From Iphione sp. A-MEVVRFRX5 (Eukaryota), in assembly GCA_976226885.1 (NCBI GenBank), contig OZ320316.1:77252001-77316000 (forward strand): DNA of 64,000 nt, written 5' to 3'. The translations under genes were made by a program, and so were the position numbers. Of this stretch, positions 1 through 11,545 are shown one piece after another. Position 1 is the first letter of the stretch, and each line of letters begins with the position of its first letter. The notes under the pieces are model-generated. The model saw only the letters and a list, made by a program, of their open reading frames with translations. It was not told where the DNA came from and did not search any database.

Positions 1-570
1 GCTAATGGGGACCGACCAATCCTATCTAATGGCCCCCCTGTCCCCAATATAAATTTTCCCATTGTGACACTATACATAAGTGTCTTTTTTTTATAAGACC
101 ATGGCAACTTCTGGGGGGTTTAAGAACCCAACGTATTTACAAAAATAAAAAAGAACAAAACAAAACAAACCCCTCCCCCCTCTCCCGCAATCACATTTCC
201 CTGGCCCCCATTAGGGGGGCCCTTCCGGGGCCTGCCAATGAGACGGGCCCCGGGGGGGGCCGCCGCCGCCGCCTCCGCCGGCAGGCCAGCCAGCTAGTCC
301 ACCTCCATTGGACTAGCTGGCCCTGTTAAAAAAAAAGTTCCATGTAAAAAACGAAAAGAAACACATCAGTGAAAGCATGCGTACATTTCAGCTATGGGTG
401 CGTCTGGTCCCAACCACTGCCTTCCATGGAGGGGCAAAGAGGGGGTTCGGCCATACAGACTTTGGGGACATTGGAGAGAGTGACACACCTCAGGACGGAC
501 AGTCACACAGACCTACAGACAGGCAGACAGTCAGCCAGTAAAGAGGGAAAAAAAAGCAGACATCGATTCA

Positions 571-699
571 NNNNNNNNNNNNNNNNNNNNNNNNNNNNNN
601 NNNNNNNNNNNNNNNNNNNNNNNNNNNNNNNNNNNNNNNNNNNNNNNNNNNNNNNNNNNNNNNNNNNNNNNNNNNNNNNNNNNNNNNNNNNNNNNNNNN
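571..699. other. Assembly gap (129 N)
   Basis: Run of n from 571 to 699. Confidence 0.99.
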
Positions 700-2763
700 C
701 ACATCGAGCGGTAAAATTGACCCATCGGATATCACTGGTTTTGGTGTATTCCAGCAGAAAAATGGCAAAACTACGACATATCTTTTACACTCATTTTTAA
801 AAATCCCAAAGCTCTATGGCAACTGAGTAGTGTTCATTTATTCATAGAAAGCCGAAAAGTAACGCCTAAATATCTTATTTTGGGGGTCTGAATAGTGAAT
901 TTCATGTTAGTGTGATGTCGTAGTTTTGCTCATAGAGTAAAAAAGCGAAGGGTCAATTGTTGTAATAATTTTTGAACAACGCGCCCACCTCGTAAAGGTC
1001 CATCCGTCTATTAAAGTTTAGATCCATTATGCAAAGTACAACGGGCGAATCACATGTAGTTACGTTTCGCCCTGCCGACATGTGCATACAGAAAGGGAAG
1101 CGCACATCACTGGAAATGGTGCTTGTAGACGGTGCGGCGCAATTGCCACTCACCTCCCCCCCACCCCAATGCAGCTACAACAACGAGCAAAAGTATGTAC
1201 TCACGGCCACCGGCGGTAGATGGTGCTGGCAGCGGCGGCGGCGGCGCAGGACGAATGGGGGGGCCCCGAACGGCGACGGCGAGCGCACTTGCCGTCGCTT
1301 GCTCGGAGGCTCTGCAAAGAAAAATAAATAACATGCATAATAAACATAGTACCCAATTTTACCATGCCATACGAGTGCCACTTTCAAACTTCATTTAGGC
1401 CCGGTGATTGCCACCTACATCCCATTGAGCGATAGCCTTGCGTGCAGTGCAGTGATAAGAGTGGCGTGATTGCTCACATGCTTCGCATGGAGACGCGGGG
1501 ATTCCCCCCCGTTGCCGGTGTCCCAAACTCGCACCTCTACCCGCCAGCAACGGCGCTAATAGCAATAAGGAAGAATACACCACCCCACATTTCGCCACAA
1601 ACCAATTTTATTGCTACACTGATTGTTTAGGCAAACCAATTATGCAGGCATCCAAAAGAGTGCCAATGTGCGGCCCCGCATGTCGTGCGACCGACTGCAG
1701 CAACCGGGGCAGGCGCGAGTGACGCTATCGGCCGCCATCTTTTTTCCACGATAAGCACCGGCACATAGCACACGCAGCAATTATCAGACTTGATGGTCAC
1801 ATGTACAATGTTGTATTTGCTCTAAATTCCATGGCAGTTCTAAAGAAGTTACTATAAGATTTTCAGTTACAAGCCCTATTATATAAAAGCCCTATACTTC
1901 CCATAGCCGAGTGAAGCTGTAAAAGAAGTCAAGGCAACTTACCCCCCGCTCCAGGCGTCTCGGCTGCTCTTTTCTGTGCAAACTGCATAAACGAAAGAAA
2001 ATTGAAGCCAGAGTTAGCTTTCGGTGGATAAACGGCTGAAACATTGTAAGCGTGTGTAAAGTTTTGCTGTTTGAGTTTCTTGGTTATAAATGAGAACATA
2101 CAGCTTAATTTGAAATGTGCAACGAGCATCTCAAGTTGGATAAGATGATACAGGTGTCTGCACCTCGTGGGAGAATGCAGGGGTAACCACGGCGAATGAT
2201 AGGGATGTGAGACAAACACTTACACGTCCTCGCCCCGTCATGATCAGGTTGATTGTGAGGGAGGCTGGGCCGAGGTGCCACTTCGAGGCTTCCGTTGCGC
2301 TCGGGAAGAAAGTTTCAGTTTCCTTTTGTTGGCATCTCTTTTCATATACAAGGCTAGATTTGGGCATTCACGGACAAATTGGACCGTTGCTGGCGGGCAT
2401 TAGAATTTTTCGGCGATGTTTGCTTCCAAAGTTGCCACAGGCTGCAAGTGGGGTTGGCCAGGTAATGAGACGCTGGTGGTCCAAGACGCTGCTGGTCCCT
2501 GACGCTACCGCTACCCATATAGCTGCTCGCACTCGCAACTCCTGCATTACAACTTTTACTATGTAAAGTGGCTGAGTGTGACTGTGTGCATGTGTGACTG
2601 ATGTTGTCTGAGGCAAATTAAATATTACCCTGTATAGGATAGCGTTTGTGCAAAGTATAAGTGGGTTTATCTCTCCAACTCAACAGAAACCATGTCAATG
2701 TCTGAATTAACGTAATCTCTCATTTGTTAGTTGTCTAAAGAAAGGTGTTCTTCTGATTTGAAG

Positions 2764-5700
2764 CTTGGGCATGGAAATTGAAGTGGAACCGCTTACGGCA
2801 AGAGTTTCGGCGACAGTACACAAAGCGCCAAGCGGCGGCGCGAAGCGGGGCTAGCGCTGAGGACTTGAGGCACTATGAGAGGTGGCCTTTCTGGCACCAA
2901 ATGCAGTTCCTCATCCCACATTTCCACCAGAGGGAAACGGAAACAAACTTTCCCTGCCGGCCTAGACAGCCAGCGGGTTGGGCAGGCAGTGCCGCACAAG
3001 ACCCAACAACGCGATCAAAGCCTTACTCGTACTCTTCCGGTCCCCCCCCCCACCAGACGGGAACGTCGAGCCGCCGAACGGGCAAAGAAGGCAGCGGCCG
3101 CTGACAACGCTACCAACCGACAGACAGGCACACAGCAAACTGACAGGAGACAGTTAGACACACAGTATACGTCTGGTAGCCCAATAGACACACAGCAAAC
3201 TGACGGGAGACAGTTAGACACACGGCATACGTTCGGTAGCCAGATAGACACACAGCAAACGGACAGGAGACAGTTAGACACACGGCATACGTTCGGTAGC
3301 CAGATAGACACACAGCAAACGGACAGGAGACAGTTAGACACACGGCATACGTTCGGTAGCCATATAGACACACAGCAAACTGAGAGGAGACAGTTAGACA
3401 CATGGCATACGTTCGGTAGCCAGATAGACACACAGCAAACTGACAGGAGACAGTTAGACGCTCAGCATACGTTCGGTAGCCAATTAGACACACAGCAGAC
3501 GGACCGGAGACAGTTAGACACACAGCATACCTTCGGTAGCCAGTTAGACACACAGCAAACGGACAGCAGACAGTTAGACCCACAGCATACAAGACAGACA
3601 GATGTGAGACATAACATCACGACTGCTGACGGTCATTGGCAGGACCTTCGTTTGCCACATTATGGCAGCAACCAACCTTCTGAGTCTGTTCGGCAGCGCA
3701 TTCACACAGCAATGTCTTGCGGATGTGGAGGATGGGTGGATACCCTGCCCCCGCCACCTGCTGCCGCAGGCGCAGCACCGGGACAAGCTCATGGCCTTTG
3801 GAGGACACCAGCCCCTCCTGCCGCATGCCGTGCTGGCCTGGCCCGTCCAACCCCCATCCGCCCCCTTTCCACCGCCCTTCCGCCCCTTGACCGTCCCCCA
3901 CACCTAGGACGCACGCCCACTGGCCCCCTGCCCTGGCCTCCAGAAGAACGACCACCTCTCGAAGCACTCGCGGACCGCCCAGCTCGTCAGCCTCTCCGAC
4001 ATGGTCCTGCTCGCGAGTCTCGGCCAGGCAGTGAAACACGCGAGCCTCTGTCTAACCGGGAACCTCTCGAACCTCTCCCTGACCGTCTGGCGCGTTCTGC
4101 CCCCCGCGCCGGCCCTGCCAACGATTCTGTGCCAGCCACTGAAGGTCGCGAGCCTCTGCCTGCCCGAGCAGATCTTGAGCCTCTCACAGACCGTCCGCCT
4201 CGTTCGGTTCCGCGAGACGGTCCTGCTCGCGAGCCTCTACCGGCCCGGGGAGCTTGTGAGCCTCTGCGTGATCCACCTGCTCGCGAGCGTCGACCAGCCA
4301 CACGTGCAGCCTGGACCCCGCCACCACCAGCTGCAACCCCACCGCCTCCGGTGCCACAGGAGGCACCCAAAGCCCCACCAGCGATCAACCCGTGAGTACC
4401 ACTGCCTATGTTAGGCTGGTCATTGTTGTTGTTGTTGTTGTTGTTGTTCACCTGCAGGTCGTCGTCGGCGACATCCTCATCGTTGAGGGGTCTATAATCC
4501 CTTCCTCTCGCCGCCCTCTCACGCTGCCATGGCACAGGTGCACTATACATCAGGTAGTCTGCCAACGCATCGCGCACTGCCGCCGCTGAGCGCAGGGGGC
4601 GGCGAGGGATGGGTCGCAAGTCCCTGAACGCACCCACACACTCCTCATTCGCTGCATAACGCCTGGCCATCTCCTCCTCGTGATCGTCGAGGAGGTCCGT
4701 TATTGCAGCGGGAGTGGTGTTGTTCTGCATGAGGTTGTGCAAGATGACGGTCGCCATTACCAGTCTCGGGACATAGTCGGCATGAATGGCCAGTTTGGTG
4801 TGGTAGACGCGCCAGCACGACACCAGTATACCAAACGAAGACTCAATCATCCGACGTGCCCGAGACAGGCGGTAGTTACACTCCTCATGCTTCCGGTGCA
4901 TCGACTTGTTCGGGTACGGCCGCAGCAGGTGCCGTTGAAGTGGGAATGCTGCATCAGCCACGAAGGCGTAGGGCATGGGTCCCATATCATCGGCACCAGG
5001 GAGTGGGCTATCCGCTGGGAGATTCAACTCGTCGGCGGCCAGGGCACGTGCAAACTCCGACTTGTTGAAAATCCCAGCGTTGTTGTCTCGGCCATAGCCC
5101 CCAATGTCCACGTAGATGAATTTATGATAGGCATCACACGCCGCCATGAGCACCTGGGAATGTTGTTGTTTGTAGTTGAAGAACATACTTCCCGAATTGG
5201 GTGGTGCGACGCAAACAATATGTTTTCCGTCCAGGGCGCCCAGGCAATTCGGGAAGTTCCAGCGGTACCTGCCAAAGTAAAAAGACTAATCGTTAAATTG
5301 ATGAGTAGTTGGAATAATCATTCAGTGTATGAGCGTGTGGGAAACTCGGTAAGCACGGGCTGTATTTAACCTACAAAGATACAAAAGAGGAACAGTGCCA
5401 AATATCACTATGTTACCTGAAGTTCGCCGCCATCAGTTTCCACTCCTCAGGGCTCGTTGGCAGGCGCACTTGCTCGTCTCTCATCGCGGAGCAAATGGCA
5501 CTCGCCACCTCTCGGATAATCCTGCTGACGGTTGTGATCCCAAGGCGGAAGTGATATCCGAGACTGGCGAATGACTCCCCCGTGGCACAGTACCTGCATC
5601 GTGAGAGCAGAGAGTGAAATTCCCCTCGGTCCCTGTTCAACTGGAAACCCCCCTTCAGCCACCTCCATATTAACATTACAGCACAAATCTTTACTTGCAC

Positions 5701-8028
5701 TATTGTCCCCGTGTAATTCTACAATCACCCTCACTGCAAGCCAGAACCATCCCAATAACCATCACATATATTATCGTACTTTTACAGGCTAGACACGACC
5801 CCACACCAGGACAGGACGCGGCGAGGACGACGACCTAACTGGTCATCGGAGAACATAGGCCTCCTTGGAGATTTCATCGAGCGTGGGATCGCCGCTGCGG
5901 AGGTACATATCAATCTATGTAATGCACGCACAAGAATCGGTTCTTCCAGAAAGCACTCTCCATTAATCTCAATCTTTCAGTGGGAGAGGATGACGTAAGG
6001 CCCAAATGTTATCACATACTCCCTCCGACACCTGCAACCAAAACCTACTTGCTCTATACTACCTTTAGAAACAACCGAAGTCGAGGTCTTGTGGGTGTAG
6101 AGTCTGGAACCCTTGCAAATCTTTAAAACCGGACCAAAACAAAGTCTGGTAGTACACAATGGGCAGTGGTAATGGTCAAAAACTTATCCAGCAAGAGAAA
6201 CACTGAAGGAATTACCACATCAAGACATTTCATTTGTTATCAATTCTACCAGATATTAATACGCACACACTTGACGGTAGGACCGGAGTGAATCAGTCGA
6301 TGATATCCCTAATTGGAGCAAACACAGGATCCAAAATAAGCACTGAGAAGATATGTACACCTCAGCAGACAATTGTAGACATAGATTAAGTTGAATATTA
6401 CCTATTTTGAAGCTCCTGGGCGAAGCCGTAAGGCAGAGGAACGAGGCGCCACATGTGGCTGAGGCCTACGCCTTCTGTCAATCGCTGGTCCTGCCGCTGT
6501 CACGCGTACCTCAGCATCTCTTGCTCCCGGTACAAACGGACCTGCTGGGAGTGATACACGAGGCGCTGAACCAGGCGGAACAACCGCCACAGCGCGTGAT
6601 GCCGGACGTGGCAGGCCGACCACGAGAGGCGGCGGAGCCGCAGCCACATGGGGATGTCTCACCCACGCCCTGCCGGATGAAGAGCCACAACCAGGAGCCT
6701 CCCCAGAACACATGGGCATTGATGCCAACGAGGCACCCGCTTCGCAACATGCCCTGGACCCCGATCCTGAGCCACCTGCGGAGATTGTCCAACGACAACG
6801 GACTCATAGCATAAGTCCGGACAGTGCAGCGGACTGGAGCAGGAGCCGCACTCCCAGCCCCACCTTCCCCGGGCCCACCAACGTCCCAACACCCAACGAC
6901 GACCTATTCAGCTCAGACAACAACTTGGAGCACCCCACCCCCCCCGGCCCGCCCAGCTCCCAAGCAACAAACCCAAACCACACGACCCACCCAGCAGCAG
7001 AAAATGTTTCCCCAAACACTAGCATAATCGCTCCCCCCCACAGTGACACAGACAGCGACCGCTCCGGATCGCATTCTCCATCGCTAATATATTCCAACAA
7101 GACAAAGCAGGACACACCGCCCGCTTCACGCCTGCGTCACAGCACCCCCATACACTTTTGCCCTGATATCCCATCCCAACAAGAAACACAGGCGCCTACC
7201 TACGACGAAAATACAAAGTGCATTCCACAAACACTATCACAGTCACACCAACACGGCACCGAGGAAAACCCATCCTGCGTGTCGCCGACTCCCGGCATGA
7301 CGCCCCCATACAAGAGACCCAAAGTCGGCCACCACTCCGCCCATCACACTCCGCAGACACACTCGCAGGAACCACCAACTCGTCAGTCTGTCGAAAGAAT
7401 AAATTTCACACACATGCAAACACACCACACGCCGAATTCCACACCCACCTACTACCCTAGCCACTTAACCGGACAGCCCTTCAGCCAGCACACCATGCAG
7501 ACACACCAGCAGCAATAGATCAACAGTCACCCTATGCCACGCGGCAATTACACACACCTCCCGACACACGGAACGCCGACATCCACACCCACATACAGTG
7601 GAAATGCCGCCCAAACGTACAGCCAGCACACCCCGCAGACAAACCACCAAGCACAAAACAATAGCCACTGCCTGGAGCAAGGAAATTTCCCACACCTGCC
7701 ACCTTACCACACGCCAACATCCACAGAATCACACTATCGCCCAGACATTGTCGGCCAACCTGACACGCACTACTTCCCCCAGACACCACAATACTGCCCA
7801 CAGTACCCCGCTAGCCAGACAAGGGAGCAAGCACAAATGCACCAGCAGGCATCCCACACGCGGGCATCTACACATGGCACCGATTCAGATCATGATTCAG
7901 ACATGTTTGTGACCCTGGACGAGTGGGTGGAATCTATCCACAGACAGGGCCTCGTGTGGTCACAGCCTGCAGTCCGGTCCTCGGAGGCTCAAAGCCAAAA
8001 CACCAGACATTACACCACACTAGAATAA
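2764..8028 (+). pseudogene. Harbinger partner gene: MADF (C-terminal half) + repeat linker + BESS-like motif + His/Pro/Thr-rich tail; disrupted copy, exon 1 not found
   Basis: Exons 2764-4391 (KWNRLRQEFRR..WPFWHQMQFLIPH; donor cc|gtgagt, phase 2), 5788-5902 (tttacag|g..gag|gtacat) and 6413-8028 (EAYAFCQSLVLPLSRVPQ..GVIHE). Splice phases close. Lesions: +1 shift near the C10 run 3042-3051, a frame shift near 6660, and TAG at 7516-7518. AATAAA at 8186. Confidence 0.75.
3127..3590 (+). repeat. 60-bp coding tandem repeat (~8 units, two 30-bp sub-units) encoding DTQQTDRRQLDTRHTFGSQI
   Basis: Units recur at 60-nt spacing, visible on consecutive sequence lines 3181-3541. Confidence 0.95.
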
Positions 8029-8663
8029 CACACACCACTACACCAACAAACACAACCATGAGGCCAGCCTCCTCCCCTCCTCCCTCCCGGCTCTCCCACG
8101 TCCCGCTGCGCCCTGCCCTGCTCCAGTCAAGCTGTATATCCCTGACTGTGGTTTTATACCTGAATGCGCATCGTAGTATGATAGCAATAAAGTCACAGAC
8201 GCATAAAAGCTGTACAGTTCTTCCTTTGTCTGTTTAATAACATAAACACAGACTATATTGCATGCATGGCCCGAAGCAGGAACGAGAGTCAAATGGGAAC
8301 CTACCTGAGAAAAACACACAGTCGCTGGGTCGGAGAAATAGCTGCCCTCGTCAGGGAGACTCTGGTGAGGTCCTCGCACACCTTGTCCAGCACATATCGG
8401 AACTGGGAAGGTGTCAGACGGAAGACCTTCGGGAACTCCTCAGCGTCATCCCAAATGTGTCTGACTAGGTTGTTGTACGCACCTTCCTTGAGCCGATACG
8501 TGAGTATTGGGCGTACCCAATACCTAGCCTCCCGACGGCGCCACTGGCGTCGTCTTCGATGAATTTCGTCGAAGGCGCCCAGTGCCCCCAGCATCGCCAG
8601 CATAACTGCTTCCATGCACAGACACATGGACATCATTTCCTTAATGTCATGCTCCATGTACAT
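3987..8663 (-). CDS. Harbinger (DDE_Tnp_4/HARBI1-like) transposase, 3 exons, ~605 aa
   Basis: Exons 8663-8305 (..YWVRPIL..FRLTPSQF..QRLCVFL/R, donor ag|gtaggt), 5593-5417 (YCATGESF..., donor ag|gtaac) and 5268-3987 (YRWNFPNCLGALDGKH..VADAAFPL..ARRMIESSFGIL). Total 1818 nt, in frame. Catalytic D (DGKH), D (DAAF) and E (IESSFG) present. Confidence 0.92.
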
Positions 8664-9204
8664 CCTGACGCTGTGGGAATAAAAGCAATGCCAATCTTAC
8701 GCACACTATTTCAATTCAGGTATGAAAACAGTATAACACGAATTTGGGACAGAAAGGTGTTTGCTCGTTCTATGATTGCCGAATTACCTGGTTGAGTATA
8801 TGGCTTATAACAGCTTCTTACGACAAATGGGCGGTTTCCCAAAGATAACTTACCTGGTCTGTAGTGGAACACGTGTGTTTCTGGCAGGCAAACACGGACA
8901 GACGTCTCCGTCAAAGTTGAAGAGGTAGCGGAATGCGCCAGGGGCTGAGTTGCTCCCCTTTTTAAAGGGCACGGCGCGTCACTGCTTGCGTCGGGCCTTG
9001 GCGTGGGGCCACCACGGGAGGTTGTACGATGAGATTGGAGACCTCTTTGTTGGCAGATGCGACGATAAAAATTGGGCAATAAAAGCGAGCCGCCGCCGAA
9101 ACGATTTACAGTCACAAAATAATTACTGGTGGACGAGGGACGCAGGTGTGCCGCCACAGTTCAAGGCGAATGTCAAACCTCAACGAGAGACGCAAAGAAT
9201 CGGT

Positions 9205-9645
9205 GCCGGTCTAGTGGTGGCGCCCGCCGCCAAAGCAAGTCGGTATCAGCCTGTCAGAGTGCCAATTAGAGTCGTACTCAATAAGAACCCTTGAAACAAA
9301 GGAGGTGTTCAATGTTGTAGATAAGGCCAGTGGTCAGCACGGCGGCATGTACCGCCAAAGTTACGCCGGGGGGCAGTAGCTCAGAACGACGGCCTGTTAA
9401 ATCGATGGCCTATCTGGACGCCATTTCGCAGGTCAGTGAAGGTGCAGTGATGGCGACCGCCGACAAAGCAAGTCGGTATCAGCCTGAGAAAGTTCCCATT
9501 AAAGTAGTACGCAATAAGAACCCTGGCGACAAAGTAGGTGTTGAAGGTTGCAGATAAGGCGAGTGGTCGGCCAAAGTTACGCCAGGGGACAAGAGCACAG
9601 CCCGACGGCCTGTTCTCACGATGGCCTATCTAGACGCCATTTCAT
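9205..9645. repeat. Diverged tandem duplication, ~235-bp unit x2
   Basis: caaagcaagtcggtatcagcctg..aataagaaccct..gataaggc..gccaaagttacgcc..cgacggcctgtt..gatggcctatct(g/a)gacgccatttc occurs twice. Confidence 0.85.
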
Positions 9646-10444
9646 CAAACATGCTGGTTCAATTCGGCACCGAGTAGTCCCCACAACACCATGTGCGCTT
9701 CGTCGGAGATAGTCAAACAATCACACCATGGTGAAAGGCGTTCATGATTTACTGGCAGCTGGTACTGTGGTGACCGGAGATGTGTGGGAAAACTAGCGGA
9801 CATGGTATGAGGGGACCTGTTCTTTATGGCCGACAGGGTACAAATCGATGTAAAAGACACGAAAGAATTACCTTCAAAGGCAAAGCTTCTGTCACTAAAG
9901 ACAAATGGGAAAGGCTATTGAGCTGCCAAGGCTCATTAGTTTGGTGCAAAAATGGTCCTCCACCCGATACTCCTACCGTTCAGGTCAATAGCCAAAGAAT
10001 GAAAATGTGGTCCTTCAGAAAACGATTCCTGTGGTATCCTCTGTAAACCGCCCCAAAATCCAGCCATATACGAAACCAGCCCCTCCCAAAAGAAAAGCAG
10101 TGACGTATGGAGGACGGGAGGAGCGGGCTGGCGCTATTAAAAAACTATTACACGCCACAAACTCGGACACAACAGGACGCGCGCCCTTCAACAGCCTATT
10201 AATTAGATATCCCGGGAGGCACATCATTGCCAACCACGTAAGAAATGCCTAGAGAGCGGTAAAAATTATCTCGAGATAACACCACGGCTGGCGGCAGGGT
10301 CTCCGTCATGGCGAGGGGGTCTACTCCTCCGGTGCACATGTCCTAGGCCCACCGTTGGTAATGTACTCATCTGGTACACGTGTCCTAGGCCCGCCGTCGG
10401 AACTATACCATTGAGCGACGGCAGACGTAACGTCCTGACATTAT

Positions 10445-10680
10445 GGAAACTCTAGCGAGCGTCGCTCGAGAATCGACAGATACCCGGTTCGATTCCCAAG
10501 CGGGGTGAACGAGTTTGTAGTAGTGTCAGTGACTTTTGAGATATGGCACGGAGTTACCCCCTCCCCCTGTCAACGTGGCGCCCAAAGAGATGCGTGTTTT
10601 GTTTGCATCTTACGCTGATGCGTCCATCACCTCGGACAGTTCACATGGACACATCCTATTGATAATCAGTAATTAATAAT
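10445..10680 (+). mobile_element. Possible tRNA-derived SINE
   Basis: Pol III B-box-like GGTTCGATTCC at 10486-10496, a weak A-box-like TAGCGAGCG upstream, and an AT-rich 3' end. Confidence 0.35.
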
Positions 10681-11464
10681 GAATTGGGAGAGAGAACACA
10701 TCCTCTAATTGTTGTTAAAGTAGTTGAGATTTGCTAGATTAAATCGCAGGGTACCTACCTTAAACACCATTTAAGGGCCCCAAGACGTAGTGAAGGCTTT
10801 AAGAGGAGACCACGTGGCATGGCGGGTAAGGCCGTAGTGTGAATATAATAATCAGTGCGAATTATATCATACTCCGACCTTTTCTCCTTATCTTTCGCGT
10901 CCAAAAGTTTTGTTATGCCGTCTGTTTGCCCCTCCATAGAACTGTCTTTCTGCCTTTCAGTCGCTCCAACAAAGATTAGCGAGGCGAAGTACAAGCGTAC
11001 CCATGAGAAGATGCACTGAATTTAAGGCGAGGTGAAGCAGAGGGCGCATGACATACTTCCTGTCATAACGTTGCCAATAGATGGCGCAACGGACGATAGA
11101 AATAACCTTGAGCGTCCAGTGTCTCTCCCTCACATGGTGCGTCACTACTTGTAGCTCAGTCATACATCTAATTCAAAAGCCAGCCTTTTCCGGCTGCAAA
11201 TTAATAGAAACTTACAGAAAATGAACTGATTGCCAGAGTAAATCCATATAAATTATCTACCGCGCCGATTGGAAAAACAAATGACGGAATCCTGTCAGAA
11301 TGTAAATAGAAGGACGTTGGGTGATATCACTGTTTTCTATGACCATTCAAAACAAAAATGAACATGTTCATATGTAGAAGGATATCAAACTACAAAGAAA
11401 TTAACGGCGACAGGGAGCATAGGCCAGCATGTGCATACACAACCATCCCCAAATGCGTAGGCGT

Positions 11465-11545
11465 CCTCCGTGGCTCAGAGCGCAGGGCGCTCCGCCCGAC
11501 TCGTCTCGTGGGTCGCGGCACGGGTTCGCATCCCGGGCCCGGCCT
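11465..11545 (+). other. tRNA-like A/B-box remnant (SINE head or tRNA pseudogene)
   Basis: TGGCTCAGAGCG at 11471 and GGTTCGCATCC at 11523. No acceptor stem could be folded. Confidence 0.3.

Larger units (their letters stand above)
2764..8663. mobile_element. PIF/Harbinger DNA transposon, element 1 (core region; termini not resolved)
   Basis: Contains a spliced Harbinger transposase (minus) and a MADF/BESS-like partner gene (plus). No matching TIR pair was found, and MADF exon 1 was not found in the window. Confidence 0.88.

Noticed and set aside
369-800. ORFs spanning the N run
   Set aside because: Artefacts of translating the assembly gap.
1395-1435. TTA|GGCCCGG..CCATTGAGCGA as the left TIR of element 1 (similar motif at ~10388)
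   Set aside because: No inverted partner was found; the 10388 motif is in the same orientation.
8925-8940. GGAATGCGCC resembling the element-2 right TIR end
   Set aside because: Followed by AGG rather than TWA, and no matching left end is visible.
10760-11160. Possible degenerate tyrosine-recombinase fragment (minus strand)
   Set aside because: Only vague similarity with several stops; no catalytic motif could be pinned down.
11465-11545. Functional tRNA gene
   Set aside because: A/B-box-like motifs are present but no cloverleaf or acceptor stem forms.
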